A DNA stretch of 64,000 nt, from contig NW_024704743.1 in assembly GCF_018977255.1 (NCBI RefSeq), positions 2,544,001 to 2,608,000 of the forward strand, written 5' to 3'. Shown here in pieces: positions 1 through 14,019 of the stretch. Each line of letters starts with the position of its first letter. Position 1 is the stretch's first letter. The position numbers and the translations under genes are program-made. The DNA comes from Callorhinchus milii (lineage: Eukaryota). The notes beneath the pieces are model-generated. The model saw only the letters and a program-made list of their open reading frames with translations. It did no database searches and had not been told where the DNA came from.

Positions 1-122
1 TATACTTAGAGCTATTATACAGTCAATTCACTTTACAGTGTATCCTGTGAAGCGCTTTGAGACGTCTCAAAGACACGACTTACATCACGGCGCTCCATCA
101 AATGCCACGATTATTATAATTA
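1..122 (+). mobile_element. tRNA-derived SINE, 3' part
   Basis: atacagtcaattcactttacag...gcgctttgagacgtctc...(ATT)n tail shared with many copies in the window. Confidence 0.8.
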
Positions 123-624
123 TTGGAATGAATTATTGCAAGCATTGGAATTAATAACCCTGCCAAGATATAATAAACAGTGAAAAGGTTCAATGGGCTG
201 AATGACCTCCCTCTGGTTTTCCTGCTTCAGTAAACAAAGTAACTTCTGCAGCTAATTTCTTAATGTTCTGTGTAAAATCTACATTGCTCATCAATCGTGC
301 AGGTTCAAACACCAATTCTATCAGTGACAGTGTCTTCCAATCCGGTTGCCCGGCACATCATTTCAATCACAAATTTATCATTTATGATTTCCTGAAGCTG
401 ATTTGTAACGGTGTACGTAATGTAACTTAGAAAATCCTTTGGGCTCATACCTCAACAATTTGGCCCATGTTATATTGTGTACTCTGTAGAACCAGAATAA
501 GGTAAAGCAGAGTGGGTTCCTATGGGGAGAGAGTATTAATTCCATATCAGGGAAATTTGATGTGAATGCCTTAATCATTAAACCAATTGGTTTTAATGAC
601 TGGAAAATCAAAAGGCCTGACACT

Positions 625-938
625 ATAATAATAATCCCGGCATTTGATACAGCGCCTTATCACGTCTTCGAGACGTCTCAAAGCGCTTCACAGGATATAC
701 TGTAAAGTGAATCGACTGTGTATTTGTGGGCGAAACTCGGTAGCCGATCGCGCACAGCGGCGTCCCCCACAAACAGCCGCGGGTTGAATTATTATTGATT
801 TTTTTTTCTTGAGGGATTATTATCAGTCGTTTGGAATAAGAAAATTTGCCCGAGGTTTCACCCTGAGCTGCCGGGAACCGAACCCAGGTCTCTCGCTTGA
901 GAGGCGAGTGCTGTAACCACTGAGCTGCAGGACTCCAT
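625..938 (-). mobile_element. tRNA-derived SINE, near full length
   Basis: Reverse complement has head ggagtcctgcagctcagtggtt...gggttcggttcc (A/B boxes), body and (ATT)n tail. Confidence 0.85.
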
Positions 939-1064
939 CACCTGTCCTTTCTCTAGTTCTGGACTTGGCAAAAGGTATCTGAACACAACCTCTCCAGAAG
1001 CTTAACTTTAACACAACCACTTTACAAACAGGTTTAAAAAACAAACGTGTGGACAAACTGTATT

Positions 1065-1575
1065 CCCCCGCGATGTCTCTCTCCCTCTCTCCTCCGTGAT
1101 GTCTCCCTCCCTCTCCCCCCCATGATGTCTCCCTCCCTCTCTCCCCCGTGATGTCTCCCTCTCTCTCTCCCCCGTGATGTCTCCCTCCCTCTCTCCCCCG
1201 TGATGTCTCCCTCCCTCTCTCCCCCGTGATGTCTCCCTCTCGCTCTCTCTCTCTCCCCCGCGATGTCTCCCTCCCTCTCTCTCTCTCCCCCGCGATGTCT
1301 CCCTCCCTCTCTCCCCCGTGATGTCTCCCTCCCTCTCTCCCCCGTGATGTCTCCCTCTCGCTCTCTCTCTCTCCCCCGCGATGTCTCTCTCCCTCTCTCC
1401 CCCGTGATGTCTCTCTCCCTCTCTCCCCCGTGATGTCTCCCTCTCGCTCTCTCCCCCGCGATGTCTCTCTCCCTCTCTCCCCCGCGATGTCTCTCTCCCT
1501 CTCTCCCCCGTGATGTCTCCCTCTCGCTCTCTCCCCCGCGATGTCTCTCTCCCTCTCTCCCCCGCGATGTCTCCC
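1065..1575. repeat. Minisatellite, about 25-33-bp unit GATGTCTC(C/T)CTCCCTCTCTCCCCCG(T/C)
   Basis: Unit repeated many times with a variable (CT) spacer. Confidence 0.9.
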
Positions 1576-2267
<692 letters not shown>

Positions 2268-2339
2268 CTGCGCTGGTTCCTAAGATTGAGTGATTCCACG
2301 AGAAGAGCACTACATAAATGCAAATTGTTGTTGTTGTTG

Positions 2340-3360
2340 TTGTTGTTGCGGATCTCCGCCCCCACTCTCTGCGTCTCCGCAATCGCACCCTCTGACCCTC
2401 TCTCTTCCCTCCTTCAAGTCCCGTCTTAAGAGCTTCTTCATTGGCCCCTCCCCCTCGGCCCCTCCCACTCGGCCCCACCCCCTCGGCCCCTCCCCCTCGG
2501 CCCCACCCCCTCGGCCCCTCCCTGGAGCTTGCGGATGGGGAGATGACGTCATGGCGAGGCTGGCGCGGTGACGTCAGGGCGAGGCTGGCGCGGTGACGTC
2601 AGGGCGAGGCTGGCGCGGTGACGTGAGATCGGACGGAGGACGACGACGACGGGTGACGGACGTCCGTGTGCGCCAATCGACGCTCGCGCTTCCGTGGCCG
2701 ACGCCCCGCCCCCGAGCGCGTGAAACCGTTTCCGGTTGAAGGTTGTTGGGAAAGGTGGGGGCGGAGGGAGGGAGGGAGAGCGGGTCTCTGTGCGCTGTGG
2801 TCGGCGGCTCGGGTTGTGAGGGCGGGAGGCGGGAGGGAGGGCGGGAGGCGCGCCGGGTGTCGGTCCCGGTGTCGGTGTACCAGCCGGAGGCGGGACTTCC
2901 GGTGTGGCGGGCGGGCGGGAGCGGCCACAGTCACAGCCGCCGCCGCCGCCTCAGGTTGGTCTCCCCTCCCCTCCCCCCCCCCCCTCCCCCCCCGATGGGG
3001 TTTTTTGGGGGTCGGTCGTTATTCCCTCAGGTAACCCCCCCCCACGATGGCGGCGTCTCCTCTGGGGCGGGGGGTGTGGTCTCCATCGTTACCTCGTTCA
3101 CCCCCTCCCCCACAGCGCCCCCTCTCTCCCTCTCTCTCTCCCCCTCACAGTTGTGAAGGGCGGCATTTGGAAAAGATGTGGAGCAGCTCTCCCCCACTCC
3201 TCCTCCCCCTCCCCCACTCCCCCCTCCTCCCCAACCCCCACCCCCTCCCCTCCCGCCGCCGCTGCTGCTCCGGCTCCGCTGCTGAGTCATTTGGGAACGA
3301 GCCCCGGAGCTGCTGACCCCCGTCCCCGGGCCCCCGGGCCCGAGCCCCCGGGCCCAGGCC
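2340..3360. promoter_or_regulatory. CpG island / TATA-less housekeeping promoter of UBE3C with a probable non-coding first exon
   Basis: Very GC- and CpG-rich against a CpG-poor background. CRE sites 2544-2626, CCAAT 2673-2677, GC box 2703-2712, ETS motif ACTTCCGG 2895-2902, YY1-like GATGGCGGC 3046-3054. Candidate donors CAG|GTTGGT (2954/2955) and CAG|GTAACC (3030/3031). Confidence 0.8.
2544..2626. repeat. 25-bp tandem repeat carrying CRE palindromes
   Basis: TGACGTCA at 2544, 2569 and 2594, TGACGTGA at 2619, separated by (t/g)GGCGAGGCTGGCGCGG. Confidence 0.9.
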
Positions 3361-3404
3361 TCTCCTCACCACCACCTCAGGGAAGCAGCTCCCGATACAT
3401 AGGC

Positions 3405-3760
3405 CACACCCCCCCCACACACACACCCACACACCAACATAACCACCCACACACATACCCACACAAACACACACCCACACACACACCAACATAACCACCC
3501 ACACACATACCCACCCACACAGACACACACACCAACATACCCCCACACACACACACACCAACATACCCACCCACACACATACCCACTCACACACACCCAC
3601 ACACCAACATAACCACCCACACACATACACCCACACACACACACCCACACACACACCAACATACCCACCCACACACCCACCCACCAACATAACCACCTAC
3701 ACACATACCCACACACACAGATACCCACATACCCACACACACACATACACCACCCCCACC
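3405..3760. repeat. (CA)-rich compound tandem repeat
   Basis: Repeats of CACACACCAACATA(A)CCACCC. Confidence 0.9.
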
Positions 3761-4592
3761 ACTGGGGTTGGGTGCGGTTTTGGGGGGGGTGGGGGGAAGA
3801 GAAGGCAAATACAACAACAAATTGCACTTGTACAGCGCCAGTCATGTCGGAAAGACATCCTCGGACGCGGCAGAGAGAGAAGCTCTGGTTGTGTGTTCGT
3901 GGGATATTGTGAAACGGTAACTTTCACAAAAGGGAATTGCATATGTACTTGAAAAGGAATCTTTTGTCATGATACGGAGTAAGAGTGGGGGAGTGGGACC
4001 AGTTGGGCAGCTCTCTCAAAGAGCCAGCGCAGGCACGATGGGCCAAATGGCCTCCTTGTGTGCTGTAAGATTCAATGAGCAGTTCGCACTCCGGGGTTTC
4101 ACCTTTCAGCGCGAACCCTTGCCAAATCCTTTTATCCCCCCCCCCCCCCCTTCCTGCCTACCATTCACGAGGTCTATATCGGGTCAACAAAGACAAGTTT
4201 TTAAAAAAAAAAAAAAAATTGCTGTCTTGATATAGTATCAAATGTATTGCAATGTAGAAAACTTTACAGGAAGTTGTGTTACCATGATTTTGCACTTTTG
4301 GGTTGTAACCATACCCCATCATTGAACACACCTGTCCTTAAATTTATGAGTTTACTTGCAGGCAGGTTAATTTCTGGGCCATCCCCTTTCAGGAAGATGC
4401 TCTTGTATTTTCTGCTTTGATTGTCACTAATTGTCACCTGTGACAAATGTCTTCAGGTTAATGTTTGAACTTGCCTTCCCTGAATATTGCATCATTCGTA
4501 ATGCAGACCTTTTTAATTGCAAATGATTATAAATGGAACTTTAATGTCTCATTTAGGAGCTGTACCTCTGCTCGATGGGATAACGTATAGAC

Positions 4593-4658
4593 ATGTTCAG
4601 TTTTGAAGGAGATTTCAAAACTCGACCCAAGGTATCTCTTGGTGGGGCAAGCAGAAAG
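4593..4658 (+). CDS. UBE3C: UBE3C coding exon 1 (MFSFEGDFKTRPKVSLGGASRK)
   Basis: ATG at 4593, 66 nt, donor AAG|GTTAGT; upstream acceptor tttag at 4555-4556. Confidence 0.95.
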
Positions 4659-4869
4659 GTTAGTGACTTGGTGATACAGTGGTAAAGCATTGATGTCTCA
4701 AAACTCTCCTCTCGACCGTACCTTCAGCCACCCTCCCGATCCCGACCCCCAGCTCGGGTCCAAATCTCTGTCTGTCAAGCACCTTGGGCTGCCCTCCCGA
4801 CGTGAAAGGGGCCATATAAATGTACTTTTGTATTGTAAAGCATTGAAACAAGATATTTTTCCAACTCTA

Positions 4870-5770
4870 AATAACAACAACTTTCGCCCCCTCAAGGACT
4901 GGCGTCTGACCATCCACCGCTAAAGTAGTTGGTTCCAGTCTCGCTGCGAGTTTTGGCTAACGCCCCGAGCCACCTCCTCCCAAAACATGCCCGCTTCTAC
5001 TCCCCATCCTTCACTATGCACACTCAGTTCTTATCTTCTACCTCCCTGCTCACCTTCTCTCCCTCCTGAACCCTTCCATAGCCTCTCTCTGCTCTCGCCT
5101 TGGTATTCTCCACCAGGCTCAACAATCCACAACCCCTCCCCCTGCGCCTTCCCCCCACCAATGACCCTGTTCGCATTCCCCTGCAAAGTGTCACCTCTCA
5201 CTATCCACGATCTCATCCTGGACGAGCACATTAACCTTCTTGGTCTCATGGAAACCTGGCTGGCCTCCGGTGACCCATTCTCCTCACCGAAGCCTCATCG
5301 CCTGAATCCAATGCCAAAGTGCAAAGAGGTCCTAGACTTCTTCGTCTCAAAGATAGACAACATCCACTTCCCTGCCTGCTCTCCGTTCCGCTAGCACCAC
5401 TATCCTTCTACACATCCTACCACTGCCCCTAGCCTACAGTCCTTTGCCTCCATATCTGCCTCCCTCTCAACCACCATCACGCTTATGAAGCCACCACCTG
5501 CTGCCCCTCCTCTGCCCACTGCTGTCTGGCAGGCATAGTTGACCAGTCCCTCTCCTCTTACTCTGTCCCACTCCACTCAAAACCTTTGTCATCATTCCCC
5601 TCCTTACAAACCCCACCCTCGCTCCCTCTAACCTTGCAAACTCATCAAACACTGGCCTGTAATGTGTTCCCCGCTGTGTCTGCTCCACCATTAGAGGGTG
5701 AGCATTCAGCAATTCAACTCCCGCTCTCGAGAACTCCATTCCAGAATCCATTTGACTCCCTCATTTGAAG
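4870..5770 (+). mobile_element. Degenerate L2-type LINE ORF2 fragments
   Basis: IHDLILDEHINLLGLMETWL resembles the APE endonuclease N-terminus; FFVSKIDNI and later segments resemble L2 ORF2; heavily deleted. Confidence 0.55.
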
Positions 5771-6814
5771 CCTATCTAAATACTTCAATGACTAGTCATT
5801 TTTGGTGGTCATTAACTTCATGGCCTTTTGTGGGGCTTTGCTATGTACAAAATTAACTTGTATTTGCCTTCAAATACTCAGTCCCTACACTTAACAGCTA
5901 TTACCATTGGAAGATTTTATCTTGACGAAATGCTATATCAAATGCAAAGATTATTCTATTAAACTATCTTTGCCTAATCCCACGTACCTGCCTTCTTCCT
6001 GTTGTCCTGCCTGCAACTCTATATAATTTGATTTGGTAAGATTTCGTTTCTGTTTTTATATCTGGTGCTTGTGGAATGAATTCTGTTTTGGTGAGTTTCT
6101 ATAGTTTTATTTGGTTCCTGCTGATGTCACATGGGATTTTCTGGTGTTATTCTGCAACTTAGGCTTTTAAGTGTATATTCTGAAGCAGAGGAGAGCTTTG
6201 TGTGTCATGGAGTTATGTAAGGTTTGTGTAATGTCATTGCGTCTTAGTTTATTTTCTGTTGCAAATACTTGTCTTTTGGTTATACACGTACCTTTTGGAT
6301 TTACCAAGCCAGTTTTTGCTCCTCTGTTCTGTCTGAGCCATCTCACGCGCTTTACAGATTATCCTGCGAAGCGCTTTGAGACGTCTCAACCACGTGATGA
6401 GGTGCTATATCAAATGCAACGATTATTATTAGTAGTATTATTGGTCTCTTCAGTTGAGGAGGTTGAGAGGTGATTGATTGAGGTGTTACGGATATATCAA
6501 AGATTTGACAAAAAGTGTGACTTTATCCCCTGGTGAGCCTATCAGTTACTGGAGGACCTAACCTTAAGACTAGGGAAGAGAGAGAGATGGATCAATACTT
6601 GGGAAGTAGAAATATATTAGAGAACAGCATGATAAGGCCAGGAAGTGGAATTAGAGGAGGGAGTACATGGAGCAGTGGTCTGTGGCAGTGCAGACTCAAT
6701 TGGCTGAATGACTTTCTATTCGTAAACTCCTATGTACAATTTTCTATTTCATATAATTTGTCATGACTGGTAAAAAAAAAAAAAGCCAGTCCCAGGAATG
6801 GAGGGCTTATCTGA

Positions 6815-7230
6815 GAATTTAAAATCCTCATCCTCCCTTTCAAGGCCCTACACAGCCTTGCTCCTCCCTACCCCTGTGACCTCTTAACGTCATATGAACC
6901 TTCCCACTCCCTCTGTTCAGAAGGCACTGGTCTGTCTGCTCCAATTTCCCCTGACTACTCCACCATTGGCAGTCAGGCCTTCAGCTTTTCTGCCACCACC
7001 CTCTGGAACTCCAAACCCCGAATCTCTCCTCCTCACCCCCTCACATGCCTTCTTCAATATCCATCTCAAGACTTTCCTCTTTGACTGCGCCTTTGGTTCC
7101 ACTGGCTCCCATCCCCAACCCTCTACCCTCCACCCCTCTTGATTCCAACCCCCAACTCGGGTGCAAACCCTTAACGGTCCAGTGCCTTGGAATGTCCTTC
7201 TGACGTGGAAGACGCAAAATAAATAAGCAA
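6815..7230 (+). mobile_element. L2-type LINE 3' end
   Basis: tttaaaatcctcatcctc...ctcctccctacc...ctctggaactcc...cttggaatgtccttctgacgtgga tail. Confidence 0.7.
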
Positions 7231-8438
7231 TAAAGCCTGTGAAGTGTTTTCAGAGGTTTTTGACAATGTGGTAAAGAGCTACATCAATGCAAGGATTAAA
7301 AAATTTTTTAGAGAATCTGCTTTAACCATGGGCGTCATTGGAACTCTGCTGAGAATCTCAGTCATGTTCTCGTCACCTCCTGCCTTGATTTTTTCCAATG
7401 CATTCCCCAGTTCCACTATTAATAAGGATCAAATGATTGAAAACTCTGCGGCCTGTGTCCTCGCCCCCATCACCCCAGTTCGTACCAGCCTCCACTGGCT
7501 CCATTTCGTAGAACTGACGCAAAATTGAACTGTGTTCCAGTTTGGATGAACTCATTGCAAAACAGAGTTCGAGGCTGGTTGGAGTGAAGTCAGGAACATG
7601 ATGTGTGTACAGTTGCATCTATAAATCCAAATTCTGCTACTCTGGGGCACACGCTGTAACACGTTCAGGATTTCAAAATAGCCTAAAGGAGAAGAAATGA
7701 TTTGAAAAATGCATCTTGTCGTCGTTGTCCCCCCCCACCCCGAACGGGTCTGGAGGCTCCACAATGGCTCCAGGTCTCCCGCTACATTTCCCACTTCTCA
7801 GTAACTGATGCAACTGGAGTGGCCAAGCGAGCTATCCAACTAAATACCTAGCTAATTCCCTCTTGAATTCGATCAAATCTGCTTCCTCTCTCTCTCCCCC
7901 ACCCGACCGGGTCATCTACTTCTGAATGTAAAATTGAGTCCAAGTCTCTGTTCTGTATTTATTGGATTTCAGGATTTCAAGTACTATACCTCAATAAGAT
8001 GTCCTCCGAGTCTTGTCTTTTGCGTGTGAACATTCCCGATTTCTGTAGCCTCTCTTCATGACATAAATCGGGTGCTTAGTTCCAGCTATCAATCGAGTTG
8101 CCCTTTGCTGTACTTCCCTCAGTGCTGAGATGTTCTTATTGTAATACAACCAGAATCGTACACTGGTTTCTCAAAAAAAAGTATTACTTTAATATCTTTA
8201 ATTATTTTCCTACTTTGTACGGCCATTTGTCGAGTGCTTTGAGATTAATATAATATAATAATCCTCCACCCTCCACACCTCCTGACTCCAACCCCTAGCT
8301 CGAATGCACATGCTTGACTGTCCAGTGCCTTGGGACGTCCCCCCGACGTGAAAGGCACAATAGAAATGTAATTTGTTTTTGTTCATTGGTGTGTAAATTA
8401 CAGGAGTAATAATGTAATAATTTTTAATTCTCTTGAAG

Positions 8439-8492
8439 GAAGAAAAAGCTTCACTGCTACATCGAACGCAGGAAGAAAGGCGAAAACGAGAG
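8439..8492 (+). CDS. UBE3C: UBE3C coding exon 2 (EEKASLLHRTQEERRKRE)
   Basis: ttgaag| acceptor, 54 nt, |gtaaat donor. Confidence 0.95.
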
Positions 8493-9497
8493 GTAAATTG
8501 AGATTTTATTGACTGTTTAAAAAGCCTTGATTTGGCGTGTTTTTAACCATGTTTCTATACAGATCTTTGCTTCTCTTTATAAAAAAAAGTCTGTACTTGT
8601 ATCATCCGGCAACAGACGTAGATTGCAGTATCTCCAAGATGACATTGACCGTGGAGTTTTTATTGCTAGTTTTGATTTTTTTTGTATGCACCCAATTGAT
8701 TAAAATGTTAATTTCACAAATAAATTTCAATAAAACAGCGCAATTCATCATACACTTGGTGGAGAAACTAAAGCTACGTTTGCACATTGTACTATTTGTG
8801 CAAAACTTGTGTTTAATGCAAAGGAACTTTTTAAGAGCTGAGGAAAACAAATTTCTGAATACAGATTGAATTTAAGAATATTGCATGTTTCTGAGCAACC
8901 TTAAATGCTCTTGCAGGCAAATACTAAGTGGAAGTGTATGCCTCTTGTCTCTTAAAATGAAAGGATCTTCCTGTTTCACCTAGCTTTCTTTCAGTGACCC
9001 TTGTAGGCTGAAGGTTTTGGCAGTGGCAGTGATTTTCCATTATCTTCCGCGAGTGGTCATTCTTTGTGCATTAATATTGTTTCATGTAGGGTAACGAGAA
9101 GGGCTTTATATAAATGCAAGTTACTGTTTGATTGTTGGAACCACAGCTACAGAGAGTGCCTGATCCCAACTTCCTATTCAGAAATGCACTTCCATAAGTT
9201 CCAGCATAGGTCAATTTACTAGCATTTGAAAGTGGGGAACCCTGGCTGCCGATTCTTCCCTCTCTAGCCCTGGTTTGTTGAGGTCAGTTGTCGTACCCTC
9301 CTCAGTGGAATCAATTGGCTAACTCAACGCAGAGTGGGGCTCAAGTCTGGAACTGATCACATTGGGCTGGCTGAATGCCGAAGCATGCGGTGTAATCATC
9401 CGCTGAGCTTGTGTTATTTTTAACATGACTACACCAGCTGGATCATGGGATTCAACGCACTGACATCTGAAATCTGTTTTCATTTGGGTGTTGGCGA

Positions 9498-9812
9498 ATA
9501 ATAATAATCCTTGCATTTGATATAGCGCCTTATCACCTCGTCAAGACGTCTCAAAGCGCTTTGTGAAGTGAATTGAGTATATTTTGTGGGCAAAATGCGG
9601 CAGCCAATTGCGCACAGCAGCGTCCCACAAATAATCATGGATTGAGTGACCAAATTAAAAGCGATCCACCAATTGACTTAACAACCAGGTTCATACTTAC
9701 TGTCGTAACTAGAGGCGTGTGGAGTAAGGAAACTTGCCAACATTTCGCCCTGCCGGGAATTCAACCCAGGTCCTCTTGCTTGTGAGGCAAGTGCTCTAAC
9801 CACTGAGCTACA
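9498..9812 (-). mobile_element. tRNA-derived SINE
   Basis: Same tail, body and head as other copies, reverse strand. Confidence 0.85.
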
Positions 9813-11678
9813 ACCATGGCTGAGCAGTTAGTATCTCAATTAGCTGGTCCTGCAAAAATGGTAACAATCTATAAGCCCCTTATTCTGATCAAATTCCCAA
9901 GCTTATAACGCGTTTCATTTATACAGGATGTCGCATTAAAAAAGAGGCCCAGTCCTTGTTGTCTAACTGGTGTACTATCAAACACTTTTTTTAAGATAAT
10001 GCATTTCAATCGACCGATTAGAATGATTGTATAGCCAACAATAATGTAAAATTAACTTCCATCTCCAGATAGAGAAAACGGATGAATTAATAACCTTGTC
10101 ATTTACTTTGTTCTAATGTTATTTTTTCCCCCAGAAAGGGTCTTGCACCTCTTTAACCCTCATGACTGAAAAGTTGAGAATTACTCACTTGAAAAATCCA
10201 GACACTGGATTCCAATAAATGCACAACTTAATAGCTCTGGCCTTGAGTATAATAAAATGCAGTTTTATGGCGTGATTAAAGTGTTTGTCCTTGGTTTACT
10301 CAAGTGACCTGCAGCTTGGACAAAGAGATAACCATATAGTCCTGTGGTTCTCTATGGGGCATTTTGATATGTTAGAATCCAGTTCCCTCTAATGGATTGG
10401 ATAGAGTTTTAATTTCTCATGACACAGACCATATTTCCAGCGCCTGAAATTGTCATGTTAAGGCATTTTGATCTTTCACCCTGACATCTGATCAAAGCAG
10501 AGTGAACTCGGCAAGGCAAACTTGCATTCATGTTAATAGATATTTGCCCTTTTTTTTAAAGTGAGGGCCACAATTTGCACTTAGCGTTATGCAGTTAGAA
10601 TTTGTGGGTTGGAATACAGATGAACAACTAGAAGATGGTCATTATATCAAATGCAAGGATTATTATAGTATAATAATTGCATGTTATATCCTGATCCCCG
10701 ACTGTTCAGCGCCTTGGGACATCCTCCTGACGTCAAAGGCACTTTACAAACGTAATTTTGTTGTTATCAAGTCGTTGAGATTTCTTAAAGCGCTTCGCAG
10801 GATATTCTGTAAAGTGGATTAACTGTATTTTTTGTGGGTGAAATCCCATCGACGTGATAAAGCGCTATCAAATGCAAGGATTATTATATATAGAATTGAA
10901 GGTGGGGAGGGGGGTGTTGGTTATTTCAGCCAGGGCAAAGTTTGCATGCTACAATTGGCCTCAGTGCCCTTGGATAACATCGGTAAAATAAGAGAGGATC
11001 AAGGTAACCCAAAATGTGCCTATCAGGATTCCAGATGGATAGATTCTGACATGAATAATGCCCACTTGGGCAGTGCACTGGAGCAGCAAACAAACTGCCC
11101 AGTGGAAAGCAGAAAATGCCTTCAGGGTAGGGGTGAAAATTGTAGGGGAGGGGAAACCATGGTATAACTATAAAATTGATGCCTGGTTTTAAGTGTAATG
11201 TATTTAATAAGCAAAGAGGTGCTGTTTTCATGCATAATCACAGTTGCACATAAACAATCCCCTCCCACTGTGTGTTTCGCAGACACTAGCGCAGATTTTA
11301 TTTCACAATTTACAAGCAGAATAAGAAGAAATGTAGACTCTAGCCTTCCATTAATGTATTCAGCTGGTCTAAAAGAATTAGCTGTTGCTGCTGCTTGAGG
11401 TGTGGTGGCACCAGAATGCTTGTGTTTCCCATTCATCTGGAAATTATACAAAACTCTTGGAAATTCTATTTGACATCTTGAAGGATCGAGTCTTTGTAGT
11501 AAAATTCTGGTAGGTAAGACTGGCAGCTGTGGGAAAGTGCTTTCAATATGTATTGGTTTCTGTTCCATTTGTAAAAAAAGGGGAAGCGCACCCATTTATG
11601 TTCAGGTAGAGAGATTATGAATGGTGATTCACAGAAAGTGCTCAGGAGCCTAATTAAGACAACCTTGTTAAACTTGTG

Positions 11679-11716
<38 letters not shown>

Positions 11717-11726
11717 CTCTCTCCAG

Positions 11727-11801
11727 GAAGAAAGGCGAAGGCAGAGGAATGCAGTTATCATTCAATCCTATGTACGAGGATACAGGGATCGAAAACAGCA
11801 A
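11727..11801 (+). CDS. UBE3C: UBE3C coding exon 3 (EERRRQRNAVIIQSYVRGYRDRKQQ, IQ motif)
   Basis: (CT)n polypyrimidine tract plus ccag| acceptor, 75 nt, |gtatgt donor. Confidence 0.95.
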
Positions 11802-12482
11802 GTATGTAGATTGTTTACAATGAAGGAAGGGAGCACTAAATTGGACTGACTAATGAAATGGGACAGTGAGAACTTTTAATTTGCACTTGTCCAGTTTACT
11901 GCTCTGTGCACTTCAATATCCTACTGTTCCACACTGGGTTTATTGCTTTTGCGTGCAAAGATTTGTGAGAGTTGAGCAGGAAATAAGAAAAAAATCGTTC
12001 TAATAAAAAAACACTTAACATTTATATACATATGTGTATATATATATATACACACACACATAGTTTCATTTTGGTTGTTGGCATTTTTATAGTAAATGCG
12101 TGTTAGAATAATTTAGTTCTGTCAAAGTTACTATATTGTATTTTTCCTTGTATCATTATTATAAGTAAAGTTAAATTTCTAATGGATAAAAATATTGTTG
12201 CAGCTCTTCACCTATACTCCAGCAAAGTTTTGTGATTGAACAAAAAAAAAGAATTTGTTGAGAAGTACTGGGTATTCTCGAAACGAGACTTGGACGAAAC
12301 GTAACTAGAATAGCACAAACTTATTTGAACCAGGAATTCTATCTAGAGTTGGAAAGTTGTTCAAGCAGAAGGGAGTTATCGTGGAATAGCGAGAAAGTTC
12401 AATTTAATGCTGCCTTTAAAAAATGCCTTTGAATATTTTATTTAGAATGCTGAATCCTAACTCTCTCTCATTTTATTTGCAG

Positions 12483-12629
12483 CATGCTATTCAGCGAAGT
12501 GAATTTGATAATTGTGTCTCCTTAGTCCGACCAGGAGGAGATTTTTCTATCAGTGATGGATATAATTTGATTGTTTTAATAAGGAAACTCCTATTTTTTT
12601 ACAAGCAAAATGAGGATTCAGATAGATTG
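12483..12629 (+). CDS. UBE3C: UBE3C coding exon 4 (HAIQRSEFD...LLFFYKQNEDSDRL)
   Basis: tttgcag| acceptor, 147 nt, |gtaagg donor. Confidence 0.95.
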
Positions 12630-13243
12630 GTAAGGGAAGTAATAGGCCTTTATAAACAGGCTCTTAATTTTATATAATTCCATACATACAGTAATAATGA
12701 CTAAGTGTTGCTGTCCTATTAAATGAATACAAGATAAAATGTTAATTTTGGGTTGTATTATAAATTACTTTAAAGCTACTTTATGTCACTGACTGGTTAT
12801 TGGTGTTTTGCACCGTACTGCTATTAGCCTTTTTCTACTTGAAGCTCTCCTTGTTGAAGCCTCTCAACAGAGAATATTTCTCTGCAGACTTTTGACAATT
12901 TCACATCTTACCCAATGGGGGCATGTCACAATATAAAATAGGTGTTTTTCCCAGTGCTGAATCTCAGAAAGTCCTACTCGTCAGGATGGTATTCTGTTGC
13001 TCTAAATAGAAGAGCTTCTACCCCATAATGAAAAGGGCCAATGCAAATGGACCCAGTGATATTTCACGCGAGTGGGAATGTCTTGATGTCAGTGTTGTCA
13101 GTACCGTACAAAGATTGATCTTGTAAACGATGAAAAAGGTTCACAAAACACTCTCTTGAAGACTCTGCTTTTTTTAATGAATCTGTTTAGTTGGACACTG
13201 GATTACAGTAAGAAAATAAAATGTAACCCTTTACTTTCCCCAG

Positions 13244-13359
13244 ACATGGATGTGTCAGAATTTGGTGAAGCACAGTTCTCAATACATGCAACAGCTTGCT
13301 GATTCAAACCGGCAAATCTGTCTGTATCAAATAAAGCGTTTATTGGGTTTATGCTGCAG
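13244..13359 (+). CDS. UBE3C: UBE3C coding exon 5 (TWMCQNLVKHSS...QIKRLLGLCC)
   Basis: ttccccag| acceptor, 116 nt, |gtaagc donor. Confidence 0.95.
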
Positions 13360-14019
13360 GTAAGCCTTTATTTACATCTCACTCAGACAGATAGCTTGTA
13401 CAGTTGTAAAAGAAAAGCTTAGTGTTTATTTTGAGCGGAAAATGAATATGATGTTTATAATTGTGAATGACTGAAAGAAAATTTGTCCTGGTAAGTTTTT
13501 TTTGCTCAGATTTGTTAGCTGTACCTTTGATACCACAGAAATTCAATTGTTAGTCTCCTCACCGCTTTTAAGATGAAAGCATAACCACAGCAATGTGGTG
13601 ATTCAGGGGTGTGAACAGAAGTGAAGGCTGTAATTGTAAGCCCTTCTGTAGCCAGAAAACCTCACTGTGAGCATTTCCTCTATAACTTTAGACAGCTGTT
13701 CCCCGAACAGGAAACAGCTGGAAGCTATTACGTTTCCATAAGAGGTTATGGATGTAACCTCCCATCTCCCTTTTTAAAATAAAATAAAAAAATTTGAGTG
13801 TTGTACCATCTAGCCTTGCAGCAGAACGTATTTTAGTCATGACATCAGAGCAGCATCCAGCTCCCAGGGTTTTGCAGATACTCGGGCGTCTGTCAGTCTC
13901 ACTGATTCACAGGCTGCTTGAAGATGGGAGAAAGTAATCTAGGTTTCACTGGTTTGATTTCTTTTCCTATTGCAGGTAATTTCTACCACCCCACTTACCA
14001 TACCGACGTACCTGCCTGT

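Noticed and set aside
2544..2626. Regularly spaced palindromic repeats resembling a CRISPR array
   Set aside because: The spacers are essentially identical (plain tandem repeat), the context is eukaryotic and there are no cas genes.
2599..3845. Pro/Gly/Arg-rich and Val/Cys-rich ORFs
   Set aside because: By-products of the GC-rich CpG island and the (CA)n array.
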